A stretch of 64,000 bases of DNA. Source: Bdellovibrionota bacterium FG-1 (GTDB lineage Bacteria > Bdellovibrionota > UBA1018). Positions within the stretch are counted from its first letter, which is position 1. Every line of letters begins with the position of its first letter. Position numbers and translations under genes: made by a program. Below, piece by piece: positions 49,012 to 59,621 of the stretch. The notes under the pieces were generated by a model. The model was not told where the DNA came from and made no database searches. It saw only the letters and a list, made by a program, of their open reading frames with translations. The stretch covers positions 1 to 64,000 of the forward strand of contig JBBCAW010000010.1 in assembly GCA_051382295.1 (NCBI GenBank), given 5' to 3'.

Positions 49012-49645
49012 GTTTCGAACCTGCTTGAGTCAGCCAAGGTACCCGAAATTTAAGCTCAAGGTCAGCCATCACTTGGCAAATTGGAAGCCCCACAACATTG
49101 CTATAACTTCCTTCAATCTCTTCAATCAGAGCCATGCCAATCCCTTGAGCCGCATAAGCGCCAGCCTTGTCCATGGGCTCACCCGTGCGAACATAAGCCG
49201 CAATATCCCTTCTCGACAGCGCTCGCATCCGCACCCTCGATCGCACCGTACGGACCAAAATATGAGAAGGCCGGATTTGGAGAATACAGTAGCCCGTAAA
49301 CACCGTGTGTGTGTTTCCGGCCAACCTCGCCAACATCCGTCGCGCTTCGGCCTCGTTATCAGGTTTGCCTAAAACTCTTTTGCCATCGGGTGCCACGACC
49401 GTCGTATCTGCGGCGATCACAATGACGTTGCGACCTTTTTCGCCCGTCGAAGCTCCTTTGGCCAAAATATGAGCGGCTACCGTCTCGGCCTTTTCGCGAG
49501 CCAGACGCGCCACCATCGCTCGGGGTTTTTCGCCAGCCAACATCGTTTCGTCGGCATCGGGTGCCATGACCGTTAGCTCAAGGCCTGCTTGCGTGAGAAG
49601 TTCAATACGGCGAGGAGAACTGGAAGCGAGCACTATTTTATGCAT
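48998..49645 (-). CDS. maf: Maf family nucleoside triphosphate pyrophosphatase
   Basis: LASSSPRR, AADT, GKP, DKAGAY, NVVGLP. Confidence 0.95.
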   Translation of the reverse strand: MHKIVLASSSPRRIELLTQAGLELTVMAPDADETMLAGEKPRAMVARLAREKAETVAAHILAKGASTGEKGRNVIVIAADTTVVAPDGKRVLGKPDNEAEARRMLARLAGNTHTVFTGYCILQIRPSHILVRTVRSRVRMRALSRRDIAAYVRTGEPMDKAGAYAAQGIGMALIEEIEGSYSNVVGLPICQVMADLELKFRVPWLTQAGSKRGRR

Positions 49646-49664
49646 ACGGCACCGACTCTCCGGA

Positions 49665-50645
49665 TCAAAAATGAAACTGCGTCGAAAGGAAGCGGAATTG
49701 ATCCTTGAACTCCCTAAAACTTTCCGTTCGCTTAAAAAAGACCGTCACTTCCGTCCGCACCCGAGCTTCGCTCATAAAAAGAAAACTACCACCCGATCTA
49801 AAAACTCGGGCCAAGCCGATACCGGCGCCCGCAACCGTCGATTTCACTTTATATTCTTCTTCGGTGTAAATTTTCGAAATGTGTCCGAGTAACCTATTCT
49901 TATCTAAACTTCCAAAATGATCGACAGCCATAATACCGACATACTGGCCGTCATAGCCCACCTGCATTTCAACCCCATGCTTGCCCTCAAGCTTGATCGA
50001 AGCCGCCCGCGAGGTGCCGCTAAAAATCGGCCGTCCCAGCTCATCGGTGGGGGCATCAAACATGGCATTCATCAAAAGCTCGTCCACCGCATTTGCGATG
50101 ACCGTAGCCATCCGAACTTGAAACTTAGCGGCCATCAAATAGTTTTTGACCGCCTCGACCGCTTCTTGCTTCTGATTCGTCATTTCAAGCTTAATCACTT
50201 GAATTTTAGAAGAATCCTTCAGGAGCGCCTTGAGCCCAAAACTCCGCTCCCCGATCGCTGCTTTAACAATACGGCCACAATGAGCCCCGGCATCCTTCAA
50301 GTCGCCATAGTTGCGCATGATATAGTTGCCAAAAAGCGGACTTTGCACCAAATATTGAACCTTTTCAATATTTTCGGAACTGAGAAAAAAAATCAAATTT
50401 GCGTTGATCTGCTCTGAAAATAACCCAACCGTATCTTGAATTGCACTTTCAAGCGCGAGGTACTGAGCCTCACTGGAGGTGTCGCAAAGAATCACCGTAG
50501 GCGACTCATCTCGAATCGCCGCCGCCCCCGCGCGCGGATCCGACACCGAATTCAAAGACAAACCAGCGGTCATCGCGAGCTCAGCCGCGAAGGCCTGATC
50601 CTCCGGTCTTGATGAAATAAGAAGAAGCGATTTATTAGCCATCAA
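49665..50645 (-). CDS. Receiver-like + GHKL/HATPase (RsbW-like) protein
   Basis: VDELLMNAMFD, DHFGSL, GAGIGL; no HisKA His box. Confidence 0.65.
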   Translation of the reverse strand: MMANKSLLLISSRPEDQAFAAELAMTAGLSLNSVSDPRAGAAAIRDESPTVILCDTSSEAQYLALESAIQDTVGLFSEQINANLIFFLSSENIEKVQYLVQSPLFGNYIMRNYGDLKDAGAHCGRIVKAAIGERSFGLKALLKDSSKIQVIKLEMTNQKQEAVEAVKNYLMAAKFQVRMATVIANAVDELLMNAMFDAPTDELGRPIFSGTSRAASIKLEGKHGVEMQVGYDGQYVGIMAVDHFGSLDKNRLLGHISKIYTEEEYKVKSTVAGAGIGLARVFRSGGSFLFMSEARVRTEVTVFFKRTESFREFKDQFRFLSTQFHF

Positions 50646-51106
50646 CGCATGAGGAAACCGAAATATTCCTCGGGAATGTCATCAAATACGGTTTTTCCGC
50701 CACATTTGGAACACTTCAGCTCTGGCAAATTAAGCTGAAGCTTTTTGAGGTCATCACACTTAAACAGACCCACCAGCTCGCCCTTGCAACCCGTGCATGA
50801 AAACGGCACATAAATCGACTCCACTTCGCCGCCACAAGTGAAGTTGGAAATCAGATTGATTTGTTCAACAATAGCCGTCGAACATTCAAAAAACTTAAGC
50901 TTCGTACCCTTGGCTTGAGCGGCCTGAAAGTATTTTATCCAGGCCTTAACGCCGACGGAGTTGATTCGCGGAACTTCCTTGCAGTTGATCCAAAGCTCCC
51001 CGGGGGGCGGCCCGATCACCTGATCGAAATTAACGCTTTCCTCGATCGACCCAGACAAGCGAACAACGAGGGCATTTCCTTTTTGTTCTTTCACGACATT
51101 GAGCAC
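50642..51106 (-). CDS. STAS-like protein with C-terminal zinc ribbon
   Basis: VRLSGSIEE, RINSVGVKAW; CTGC...CSKC. Confidence 0.75.
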   Translation of the reverse strand: MLNVVKEQKGNALVVRLSGSIEESVNFDQVIGPPPGELWINCKEVPRINSVGVKAWIKYFQAAQAKGTKLKFFECSTAIVEQINLISNFTCGGEVESIYVPFSCTGCKGELVGLFKCDDLKKLQLNLPELKCSKCGGKTVFDDIPEEYFGFLMR

Positions 51107-51241
51107 AGTTCACCTACCTTAACCACTTTTTGAGAAGCGATTGTGTGAGCTAAAATACCAACTAAGACGTTCAGAATGACTACTTAAAATGGTAATGACA
51201 ATGAGAGGCTGGAGCAACAGCCAATTTATGGCAAACCCGCT

Positions 51242-51424
51242 TTAGCTACGATCATCACGATCAATGTGCTTGGCATTTTCTTCAGAATCTTTGCCTTCAA
51301 GGCCGCGCTTAAAGGCTGAAATCCCTTTACCCAAGGCGCTCCCCAGCTCTGGAAGACGACGACTCCCAAAGAGTAAAACTACAACAGTCAGGATCAAAAG
51401 GTGGCCTAAACTTAAACCAAACAT
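51242..51424 (-). CDS. tatA: Sec-independent translocase TatA/E
   Basis: LLFGSRRLPELGSALGKGISAFKRG. Confidence 0.93.
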   Translation of the reverse strand: MFGLSLGHLLILTVVVLLFGSRRLPELGSALGKGISAFKRGLEGKDSEENAKHIDRDDRS

Positions 51425-51505
51425 AAAACCCCCCAGGTACGTATTGCGAACCTAGCTTAAAAGGGGGGTAGCGTCAAATTTCAATCTAAGGTACCCTACT
51501 CGCCT

Positions 51506-52234
51506 ATGGCAGCTACTGAGTACCGTTGTCGGGTTAAGTCATTCAAAATGTTAACCCCAACCGTTTTTGAAATCACTTTTGACGCTGAAAAAAATCAGCC
51601 CGAACATCCGGATTTTCAATTCGAAGGGGGTCAGTTTGTCAGCGTCATCATTCCCGGAGCGGGCCCCAATGGTCGTGACCTCCGCCGGGCTTACTCGATC
51701 GCTTCAGGGCCAAAGGTTCGCCCCACTGAGCTATGCGTCAAGCTCATCGATGAGGGACCGGGCACCCGATATCTCTATCATCTTCGAGAGGGAGATTTTT
51801 TTCGAGGTGTTGCCCCCTATGGTGACTTTACCTACGAGCCAAAAAATGGGCGCAACGTCTGCATGATCGCGACGGGGACGGGCATAGCGCCCTTTCGCTC
51901 GTTTGTCTTTTCGGAAGCCTATCAAAACAATCCTCCTCCCCAAGCCTGGTGCCTGCTAGGCGTCCGCGGCGAAGAGGAGCTCATGTATCAGGAGGATATG
52001 TCCAAAATTGCGGGACTCCAATGGATTTCTGCGGTCACTCACGGCAAAGACCCCTCCTATTTAGGGTTTCGCGGCCGGGTGACCGATTGGTTGCGCACGC
52101 AGGGCTCCGATTTTCCGTGGCAACAGACCGAATTTTACCTCTGCGGAAATGGCGCTATGATCGCCGAAGTCAAATCCATCTTGGCTGAAAAAGGGGTTCA
52201 AAAAGAATCCATTCTCCAAGAAAAGTACTATTAA
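51506..52234 (+). CDS. FAD/NAD(P)-binding ferredoxin reductase-type oxidoreductase
   Basis: [21 protein letters not shown]. Confidence 0.9.
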   Translation: MAATEYRCRVKSFKMLTPTVFEITFDAEKNQPEHPDFQFEGGQFVSVIIPGAGPNGRDLRRAYSIASGPKVRPTELCVKLIDEGPGTRYLYHLREGDFFRGVAPYGDFTYEPKNGRNVCMIATGTGIAPFRSFVFSEAYQNNPPPQAWCLLGVRGEEELMYQEDMSKIAGLQWISAVTHGKDPSYLGFRGRVTDWLRTQGSDFPWQQTEFYLCGNGAMIAEVKSILAEKGVQKESILQEKYY

Positions 52235-52254
52235 CCGTCAAAATCGAGCCAAAC

Positions 52255-53343
52255 ATGCAAACACGCGAGTGGGTCAGTCAAGCCATCCGAAAAATAGAAG
52301 CCGACTTTAATCGCTCGGCCGATACTCATCTTTTTAAATTGGATCTGCCCGTCTTACGCGGCGTAGATATTTATCTCAAAGACGAGTCCACTCACCCCAC
52401 CGGAAGCCTCAAACACCGCCTCGCCCGTTCACTTTTCTTATACAGCCTGTGCAACGGCTGGATTCACGAAGACACCACGGTGATCGAAGCCTCTTCGGGC
52501 TCGACCGCGGTCTCAGAGGCTTACTTTGCACGAATCCTTGGCCTTCCCTTTATCGCGGTTATGCCTCGAACCACTTCCCCTGAAAAGATCGCGCAAATCA
52601 GCTTTTACGGCGGGCGATCCCATCTAGTCGATGATCCCTCTCAAGTCTATTCAGAGTCGCTCCGCCTGACCACTGAGACGCGCGGCCATTTCATGGACCA
52701 ATTTACCTATGCGGAAAGAGCGACCGACTGGCGAGGAAACAACAACATCGCCGAAGCCGTTTTTGAGCAAATGAGCAAAGAAGCCCACCCCATCCCTACT
52801 TGGATGGTTTGTGGGGCAGGAACCGGCGGAACTTCCGCAACTTTAGGCCGTTTTTCGCGCTACCAATGCTTTGACACCCAGGTTTGCGTGGTCGACCCTG
52901 AAAACTCCGTGTTTTACGATTACTACCACACCCGCAACTGTAACTTGACGCTCAAATGTGGTTCTCGAATTGAAGGCATTGGCCGCCCGCGGGTTGAAGC
53001 CTCATTTATCCCTCAAGTGATCGATCGCATGATTCGGGTGCCCGATGCGGCTTCCTTTGCCTCCATGCGCTTTTTAGAGCAGTTGATCGGAAAAAAAGCC
53101 GGCGGTTCAACCGGCACGAACTTATGGGGCAGCTTTTTACTCGCCTCGGAAATGATCACCCAAAACCAAATTGGTTCGATTGTCACACTGCTCTGTGACT
53201 CGGGGGAGCGTTACAGCCAAACTTATTACAGTAACGAGTGGCTGGCCGAGAATCATTTCGACATAGCGCCTTATTTGACGGCCTTGGACGAATTCAGAAA
53301 ATCTGGAAAACTCGGACTCCCTGGACGGAGTATCCCGTCTTAG
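52255..53343 (+). CDS. PLP-dependent cysteine synthase family protein (Cds1-like desulfhydrase)
   Basis: [33 protein letters not shown]. Confidence 0.9.
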   Translation: MQTREWVSQAIRKIEADFNRSADTHLFKLDLPVLRGVDIYLKDESTHPTGSLKHRLARSLFLYSLCNGWIHEDTTVIEASSGSTAVSEAYFARILGLPFIAVMPRTTSPEKIAQISFYGGRSHLVDDPSQVYSESLRLTTETRGHFMDQFTYAERATDWRGNNNIAEAVFEQMSKEAHPIPTWMVCGAGTGGTSATLGRFSRYQCFDTQVCVVDPENSVFYDYYHTRNCNLTLKCGSRIEGIGRPRVEASFIPQVIDRMIRVPDAASFASMRFLEQLIGKKAGGSTGTNLWGSFLLASEMITQNQIGSIVTLLCDSGERYSQTYYSNEWLAENHFDIAPYLTALDEFRKSGKLGLPGRSIPS

Positions 53344-53357
53344 ACTATCATGACTCC

Positions 53358-54458
53358 ATGATCGTCCGTCTGAGCTTGGCCTTTGCTCTTCTTACCACCC
53401 TAGTCACCCTCACTGCGGCGAACGCGCAGAACGCGACGCCCTTCGACCAACCGCCGTACTACATCCTGGACGAAAACAAGATACTGACTGAGCGGCAGAC
53501 CCATGCTCTTTCGTCTCTTTTGATTGAACACGACAAAGCCTCTGGCGAGCAAATCATTGTGGGACTTTTTCAATCCCTCCCTGAAGAGGGCGCAGAAACC
53601 GCAGCGCTCCGAACTTCTCGAATTTTCAACCAATGGCCGGTCAGTCAACGCCCAGGCGGTGAAGGCGCGCTTCTTGCCATCTATATTAGGGAGCATCAAG
53701 CAGCGTTCGAGGCGGGTTACGGTTTGAGCACGCGCATCAGAGAGGGTGAAGTTCGCCGGATTTTGGGCGAATTTCTTTTTCCAGAACTCAAAGCCCAGCA
53801 GACCTACCGCGCCATCGGACTCAGCCTCGTTGAAATCCTGCGAATCCTCGAAAGCCCTCTTATGGAAAGCGGCCGTGCACAAGAAATTCTTCGAGCGGGC
53901 GGCCTTCAAAATGAGTTTACGGCTACTCGTCGTGCGGCCAATCATTGGTGGCTCTGGGTTTTAGGTGGGCTCACCTTATTATTAGGAATGCTCAGCCAAC
54001 TGGCCTCATCCGAGACGCACTTCACCAGCAGCGGCTGGTTTAAGCCAAAATTATGGAAACGGCTCCCCACGAACCAAAGCCAGAACAACCCTCTCATTCA
54101 AGCAATCGCGGAGGCCGAGGCCGGTACGACGGGAGAAATCCGGGTCCATCTCTCTAAGCGGTTTTATGAGAAAAACCCACTTAAGCGCGCGCTGCAGCTT
54201 TTTACACGCTTTGGCCTGACTCATACAGCACAACGAAATACGGTCTTGATTTATGTCAACTTGCGGAAGAACAAATTTGCGATCGTCGGGGATATCAAAA
54301 TTCACGAAACGGTGAGCCGGCGTGATTGGAATCGCCTCACCGATGAACTGGCCGTACTCCTTCGCGAAACGCATTCCGAAAGAGCGATCACCCTCACAGC
54401 CCTTGCACTCGGAACAACCCTGCGGGAACATTTCCCAACTATAAAGGATTTATCATGA
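53358..54458 (+). CDS. Double TPM (DUF477)-domain membrane protein
   Basis: N-terminal TPM (ILDENKIL...EAGYGL), TM helix, second TPM (AIAEAEAGTTGEIRVH...RNTVLIYV...GD). Confidence 0.8.
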   Translation: MIVRLSLAFALLTTLVTLTAANAQNATPFDQPPYYILDENKILTERQTHALSSLLIEHDKASGEQIIVGLFQSLPEEGAETAALRTSRIFNQWPVSQRPGGEGALLAIYIREHQAAFEAGYGLSTRIREGEVRRILGEFLFPELKAQQTYRAIGLSLVEILRILESPLMESGRAQEILRAGGLQNEFTATRRAANHWWLWVLGGLTLLLGMLSQLASSETHFTSSGWFKPKLWKRLPTNQSQNNPLIQAIAEAEAGTTGEIRVHLSKRFYEKNPLKRALQLFTRFGLTHTAQRNTVLIYVNLRKNKFAIVGDIKIHETVSRRDWNRLTDELAVLLRETHSERAITLTALALGTTLREHFPTIKDLS

Positions 54459-55453
54459 CAGATCTTCGCGTCGGTAAGCTGTTTATTTTAGGATTTCGTG
54501 GCACCCAAATCCCCTCGTGGTTGCTCGAATTTGAAAAAAAATTCGGCTTGGGCGGCGTGATTCTTTTTGATTACAATTGCCAAACTCGGACGTATCAAAA
54601 CAACATCGAGTCGCCCGCCCAAGTGCGAAAACTTTGCGCTGAAATTTCACAGCTCCCTTCGCGCCCCCTTCTGTTCATCGATCAAGAAGGAGGAAATGTC
54701 CGGCGCCTCAAGGAGAAACTCGGTTTTGCGCCATTTCCGAGCGCCAAGGTGTTTAATGGGCTTTCGGCCGATGAACGCAAAAAACTGGCAGAAAACAGTT
54801 TCGCCGAGCTACGGGCTTTAGGCTTTGACTACAATCTAGCGCCGGTCATTGACATCGACTACAACCCCGAAAGCCCGGACATCGGCAAGGTGGAGCGTTC
54901 GTTTAGTGACAGCGCTTCCGAAGTTCAATTTTGTGCCGAGACCTTTGATCTTGCGGCCCGCAAGGCGGGCCTGAAACTTTGCCTCAAACACTTTCCGGGA
55001 ATCGGCGGCGCGCGCACCAACAGCCATGAAGAACTTACGGATCTCTCAGGCACCATCATGAATGAGCAACTCGAATTATTTTACAGACTAGGGACCGCAG
55101 TAGTCGGGCGCGCGATCTTAGTGAGTCATGGCATTGTGCGGGATTGGGATGCCAAATTTCCGGTGTCGATGAGTCCCTCAGGAATCGGTCGACTCAGAGA
55201 ACGGCTTCCGGATGCGCTGTTGCTCTCGGACGACTTACAGATGCAAGGACTTCAAAAAATCCTGCCTTCACCACAAGCCTGCATTCAAGGAATCCGCGCC
55301 GGCCTCGATCGCCTCATCCTGGGCAATAACCTCATGTCCGAAGACGCCCTTTGCCTGGATTTTGGCGATCAAGTCCGCCAATTAGCCACTCAGGATCAAG
55401 AATTTGCACAACGGTGTGAGGAATCCATAAAGAGACATCCGGTTACTTCGTGA
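54455..55453 (+). CDS. nagZ: GH3 beta-N-acetylhexosaminidase
   Basis: GGVILF, IDQEGG, LAPVID, KHFPGIG..NSH, SDDLQM. Confidence 0.88.
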   Translation: MTDLRVGKLFILGFRGTQIPSWLLEFEKKFGLGGVILFDYNCQTRTYQNNIESPAQVRKLCAEISQLPSRPLLFIDQEGGNVRRLKEKLGFAPFPSAKVFNGLSADERKKLAENSFAELRALGFDYNLAPVIDIDYNPESPDIGKVERSFSDSASEVQFCAETFDLAARKAGLKLCLKHFPGIGGARTNSHEELTDLSGTIMNEQLELFYRLGTAVVGRAILVSHGIVRDWDAKFPVSMSPSGIGRLRERLPDALLLSDDLQMQGLQKILPSPQACIQGIRAGLDRLILGNNLMSEDALCLDFGDQVRQLATQDQEFAQRCEESIKRHPVTS

Positions 55454-55522
55454 TAAACAGAGCAATTTCGGATTGTTATCTAATATTTGGCGAAATGAGG
55501 CCTTTCCCTTATTATAGAGAGG

Positions 55523-56731
55523 ATGCGGGGTTTCGCGACCTTTTCGATATTTCTGGCCCTTTGTTCACCCCCTTCTTCTTGGGCCGACTCCCCACGTCCT
55601 GCGATTGATCCGGCGATTTATCAAGAAGCCACGTCACCCCCCTTTTCCGTCAAAATCGACGCTAAGTGCCAATTTGAATTAGAAAAACACGATCTCCCAA
55701 TCCCCGATAAATCGGCCCTCGAACCTTCACTCCTGCCAAAAACTATTCGGGGAATCTCAGACGTCACCTTTTATGACGACAAAGATTCGGACGCGGGCGC
55801 AAATAATGGGGTCGTTGCCTATATGAGCGACTCGGTTGAGTCCGACCGGATTCTCTTTGAGGCTGCTTACCGATTTTATGCAAAACTCAAAATTGCCGAC
55901 GATCACCGAAAAAAACATGAATACCAAATGACCCCCATTCAAGAAGTCGCCGAATTTGACGTCATGAAGATGGCCCTTCAAGAAGCGCACGGTGATCCCT
56001 ACTTGGCCACAAAAGTGCTCGCCGTTTTTGGCCATGACAATGAAGCCAATGATTTCTTACATGGCCGCTGCCGGTCCGATCTTTTGACCGCCTTAAAACC
56101 GGCCGACAACTCGACTCTTTATCTCAATGGGGCCATTCAAGAACTCCGGTACAGCGCCCAGGATGTTGCCTTTGGGGCGAAGATCGCACGAGCTTGCGAA
56201 AAAATGCCTTTTTCCCCCGACAGCTATAAAAGCCAAATCAAGATCGCGTGTAACGATAACTTTGGCGATTACCAAGGGGACTACTATCACGTCATCATGG
56301 CCGCGTTTTTGGGGTGTCGCCGAACCATCATCGACCACGCGACTAGCCCGATCCTTTCAAGCCTAGGCCCCATGACGGCGGTCACGGATCGCCTCTATCT
56401 GCGGGGAGTTCGAGAATATAAGACTGACCGCTTCGACGAAAGGGTCTTTTTACTCGAAAAACTAGGAGGCGAAAACGCCATCTTACCTAAGATCCTCAAG
56501 ATCGGACTTGATCGCATCAGGAATCGAATTTCGCCTGCTCTGCCCACCCGCTCTCAAATCGTGCAGAAAGTCCACCACCCGTGCCCTACCGAAGTTTACA
56601 CCCAAGCCGCCGCAATTCTGCAACGCTGGGAGTTCGAGGTCGATTTTCGGGAAAAACAGCATAAAATGGGCATGGAATACGGCCGAAGTCTTTGCGAGAA
56701 ACAGACTTCGCTATTGAGTCATTGCCCCTAA
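55523..56731 (+). CDS. Secreted hypothetical protein
   Basis: 402-aa ORF with signal peptide (SWA); no recognised motif. Confidence 0.75.
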   Translation: MRGFATFSIFLALCSPPSSWADSPRPAIDPAIYQEATSPPFSVKIDAKCQFELEKHDLPIPDKSALEPSLLPKTIRGISDVTFYDDKDSDAGANNGVVAYMSDSVESDRILFEAAYRFYAKLKIADDHRKKHEYQMTPIQEVAEFDVMKMALQEAHGDPYLATKVLAVFGHDNEANDFLHGRCRSDLLTALKPADNSTLYLNGAIQELRYSAQDVAFGAKIARACEKMPFSPDSYKSQIKIACNDNFGDYQGDYYHVIMAAFLGCRRTIIDHATSPILSSLGPMTAVTDRLYLRGVREYKTDRFDERVFLLEKLGGENAILPKILKIGLDRIRNRISPALPTRSQIVQKVHHPCPTEVYTQAAAILQRWEFEVDFREKQHKMGMEYGRSLCEKQTSLLSHCP

Positions 56732-57562
56732 AATCCGCTGCACGGCTAACGCCGCCATATTGAGACCCACGGCACCCGTCACGAAACTCGCATTTCCCCA
56801 AATTAAACTGCGATTATCGCAATTAAAGAACTCATTGTCATTTTGCGGACAAACACACCGAAAACCCTTGCCGCCGTCATATTGGAGGCCAAACGGTTTG
56901 CGCGGCGTTTCGGTGCTGTAAACCGCCTGAATGCCGTAATCACCACTCTCTGGAAAGCCATATTGCGCCCTCAAAATCTGCCTCACTGCTCTGGCCAGCG
57001 AATCATTGGAGGTTCGCCCGAGATCCGAAACCTTGATCTGAGTGGGATCCATTCTACCGCCGGTTCCCATGGCAGAAATCACCGGAATATCGCGCTTGCG
57101 ACATTGATCCAGCAAATGGCACTTCGAAGTAATGCTGTCGATACAATCCAAAATGAGATCAGGCTTTCTGCCAAAAATCTCGTCCGAAAGTCTCTCATTA
57201 TAAAACTGAACGACCGCATGAGCCTTCGCCTGCGGATGAATCTTGCGCACCCTTTCGGCCAAAACTTCGGCCTTCTTTTCGCCAACCAAACCATTAAGCG
57301 CATGAAGCTGCCGATTGAAATTAGTGATACAGATCTCGTCGAAATCCACCAAACTCAACTCACCCACGCCCGAACGCGCGAGCGATTCTACCGCAAACGA
57401 ACCCACGCCCCCCAAGCCAATCACCATCACATGCGATTGCAGCAAGCGTTTCATGGCCTCATCGCCCACCAGGCGTCCAAAGCGGTCAAACCGCCGATGC
57501 ATCCGGTAGGTTTCCAGCTCAGTTTCGCTCATGGGCTGGATGGGGGTGGGAGCATCAGTCAT
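56711..57562 (-). CDS. tcdA: tRNA threonylcarbamoyladenosine dehydratase (ThiF family)
   Basis: IGLGGVGS, LARSGVG, TNFNRQ, DCID, MGTGGRMDP. Confidence 0.88.
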   Translation of the reverse strand: MTDAPTPIQPMSETELETYRMHRRFDRFGRLVGDEAMKRLLQSHVMVIGLGGVGSFAVESLARSGVGELSLVDFDEICITNFNRQLHALNGLVGEKKAEVLAERVRKIHPQAKAHAVVQFYNERLSDEIFGRKPDLILDCIDSITSKCHLLDQCRKRDIPVISAMGTGGRMDPTQIKVSDLGRTSNDSLARAVRQILRAQYGFPESGDYGIQAVYSTETPRKPFGLQYDGGKGFRCVCPQNDNEFFNCDNRSLIWGNASFVTGAVGLNMAALAVQRILGAMTQ

Positions 57563-57630
57563 CTCAAGAGCCTTTCTACGTTATCGCGGCTTAAAGCCAA
57601 CCAACATCGAGTTGGCCCGCCATTCGCGGA

Positions 57631-59571
57631 TCACTGAGATGGCAATGCGAGTCGATCCACATAGGCTGGAAAGAATACCTGCTTTTCGCCGATCTCATGC
57701 CCGGCTGCAATGGGCGTCCCTAGTTCGTCCACTCGAAAAACCTCGGGTGGCAGCCTCAAAGATTGGCGAAGCTTTTCCATCGTTTCAGGGACAAAAGGAT
57801 ACAGCATGATCATGAGATTTTTAAGCACATAAAAACAGCCAAACAAGGCATTGCGACGTTCTTCTTCCGGAAACCGATCGTCATGAGGTTTAAACTGCGT
57901 AAAAAGGCTATTAATCGTGCGCGCATAATTTTCAATCGCATAGAGCAAGGTCGAATACTCGGCGCGCTCCATACACTTGAGATAACGTTGAATCATGCGC
58001 GTGGTTTCAGTCAGGACCTTTTCAGAAAGTACCCCTTCAGGAACTTTTCCGCCAAATTTAGAATGACAGGCCGATAAAGGCTTTTCTAAAGCGGCATTCA
58101 TCGGGCCAGCCAAAAACTTATTTCGCTCATCCAGCGTGGCAAAATCAAAATTTGAGGATTTCTCTGGAAGACTGAGAAGTGCGAGAAAATAACGAATCTG
58201 ATCGGGCGAATAGCCCTTTTCATTCAAGAGTTGATCCGCCGTAACAAAGTTACCGCGAGACTTGCTCATTTTTTCGCCATCGACCATGAGATGGAAACAA
58301 CCAAACACGTCCGTGAGCTGATACTCCCCCGCCACCGGAAGGCGCATGGGGTTTTCTTGCGAACCCACCCACAAGGCCCCTTGCATCAAAACGTAGAAAA
58401 AGACGTTATCCTGGCCCAAAAACTGATAAATTCGCGAGTCGGGGCTTTTCCAAAATTCGGCGAAACGCTCGGGATTTTGGCCCTTTTCGGCCAACGCCAC
58501 CTGCGAAAAAGAAATCGGCGCGATCAATGAATCCGGCCAGACATACATCGTCTTACCTTCCATATCGGGATCGAGTTCCGTGGGCATCGGGATGCCCCAC
58601 GAAACATCGCGCGTAATCGATCGATGAGCCCAACCATCCATGAGTTTGCTCGGAATTTCGTTTTTTTCCAGCTCCGATTGCCCTAGTTTTAAATCGTCTT
58701 TGTTTTCAAATTGCACCTGAATTTTTTTACCGGCGGCATATTTGCTCTTATGCTTCGGGAGCGAGGCTTTGATTTCTTTGTATTTAGCCTCGTGCACATT
58801 ATCAAAACTGAGCGAGGGCAAGACGGTATGAATCACCTCGTTGAACACCGGGGTGCGCCACTTGCCTTCTTTGCCTTGAATCCAAACTCGGAGGACCTCC
58901 GAGACCTTCCACATATCCAACCACCAATGAACGGTGTCGCGGAGTTCGGGAGTCGCGTCGCTGAGAGCACTCTTGGGCTGCGCTAATTCGGTAGGCTCAT
59001 ATTGCTGACCGCAGTGATCGCACTCGTCGCTATAAGCCATCTCATTAGTGCACTTGGGATTAGGGCATTTGCCCCGCACAAAACGATCCTGAAGGAAACG
59101 CTGAAGTTTGGGGTCGTACCACTGGCGACTCACTCGCTTTTCGAGAAGGCCGTTCGCGTACAACTTACGAACAAAATCCTGCGCGACTTTTTGATGCGTC
59201 GGAAAACACTCGGGCCGCGAAGTCCCGGTGTAAATATCCAGCCCAATGGAATACTGCGCCAACGTCTCTTTTTGTTTGTCGTGAATCGCCCCGATAAACT
59301 CTTGAACCGGTTTTCCTGCCTGGAACGCGGCCAACTCACTCGTCGAACCGTGATCGTCCGTGCCGCAAACAAAAAGGACATTTTCTCGCCCGATCAACAT
59401 CCCCAACCAACGAGCACAAATATCCGCCGGAACCTGAGCACCGGCCAAGTGACCGATATGCAAAGGACCATTGGCATAAGGCATCCCGGCCGTAACCACG
59501 GCTCGCTTAGGCCTTTCGATACGTTTTTTGATGGACTCTAAATCTAAAGGATTTTTTGGTTGCTCGTGCAC
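57631..59571 (-). CDS. metG: Methionine--tRNA ligase
   Basis: PYANGPLHIGH, GTDDHG, ITRDVSWGIP, KMSKS. Confidence 0.96.
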   Translation of the reverse strand: MHEQPKNPLDLESIKKRIERPKRAVVTAGMPYANGPLHIGHLAGAQVPADICARWLGMLIGRENVLFVCGTDDHGSTSELAAFQAGKPVQEFIGAIHDKQKETLAQYSIGLDIYTGTSRPECFPTHQKVAQDFVRKLYANGLLEKRVSRQWYDPKLQRFLQDRFVRGKCPNPKCTNEMAYSDECDHCGQQYEPTELAQPKSALSDATPELRDTVHWWLDMWKVSEVLRVWIQGKEGKWRTPVFNEVIHTVLPSLSFDNVHEAKYKEIKASLPKHKSKYAAGKKIQVQFENKDDLKLGQSELEKNEIPSKLMDGWAHRSITRDVSWGIPMPTELDPDMEGKTMYVWPDSLIAPISFSQVALAEKGQNPERFAEFWKSPDSRIYQFLGQDNVFFYVLMQGALWVGSQENPMRLPVAGEYQLTDVFGCFHLMVDGEKMSKSRGNFVTADQLLNEKGYSPDQIRYFLALLSLPEKSSNFDFATLDERNKFLAGPMNAALEKPLSACHSKFGGKVPEGVLSEKVLTETTRMIQRYLKCMERAEYSTLLYAIENYARTINSLFTQFKPHDDRFPEEERRNALFGCFYVLKNLMIMLYPFVPETMEKLRQSLRLPPEVFRVDELGTPIAAGHEIGEKQVFFPAYVDRLALPSQ

Positions 59572-59621
59572 CCATTCTTTATAGGTTCAATAGCCTGCAA
59601 AAACAAGCGGGGGACATCCTT

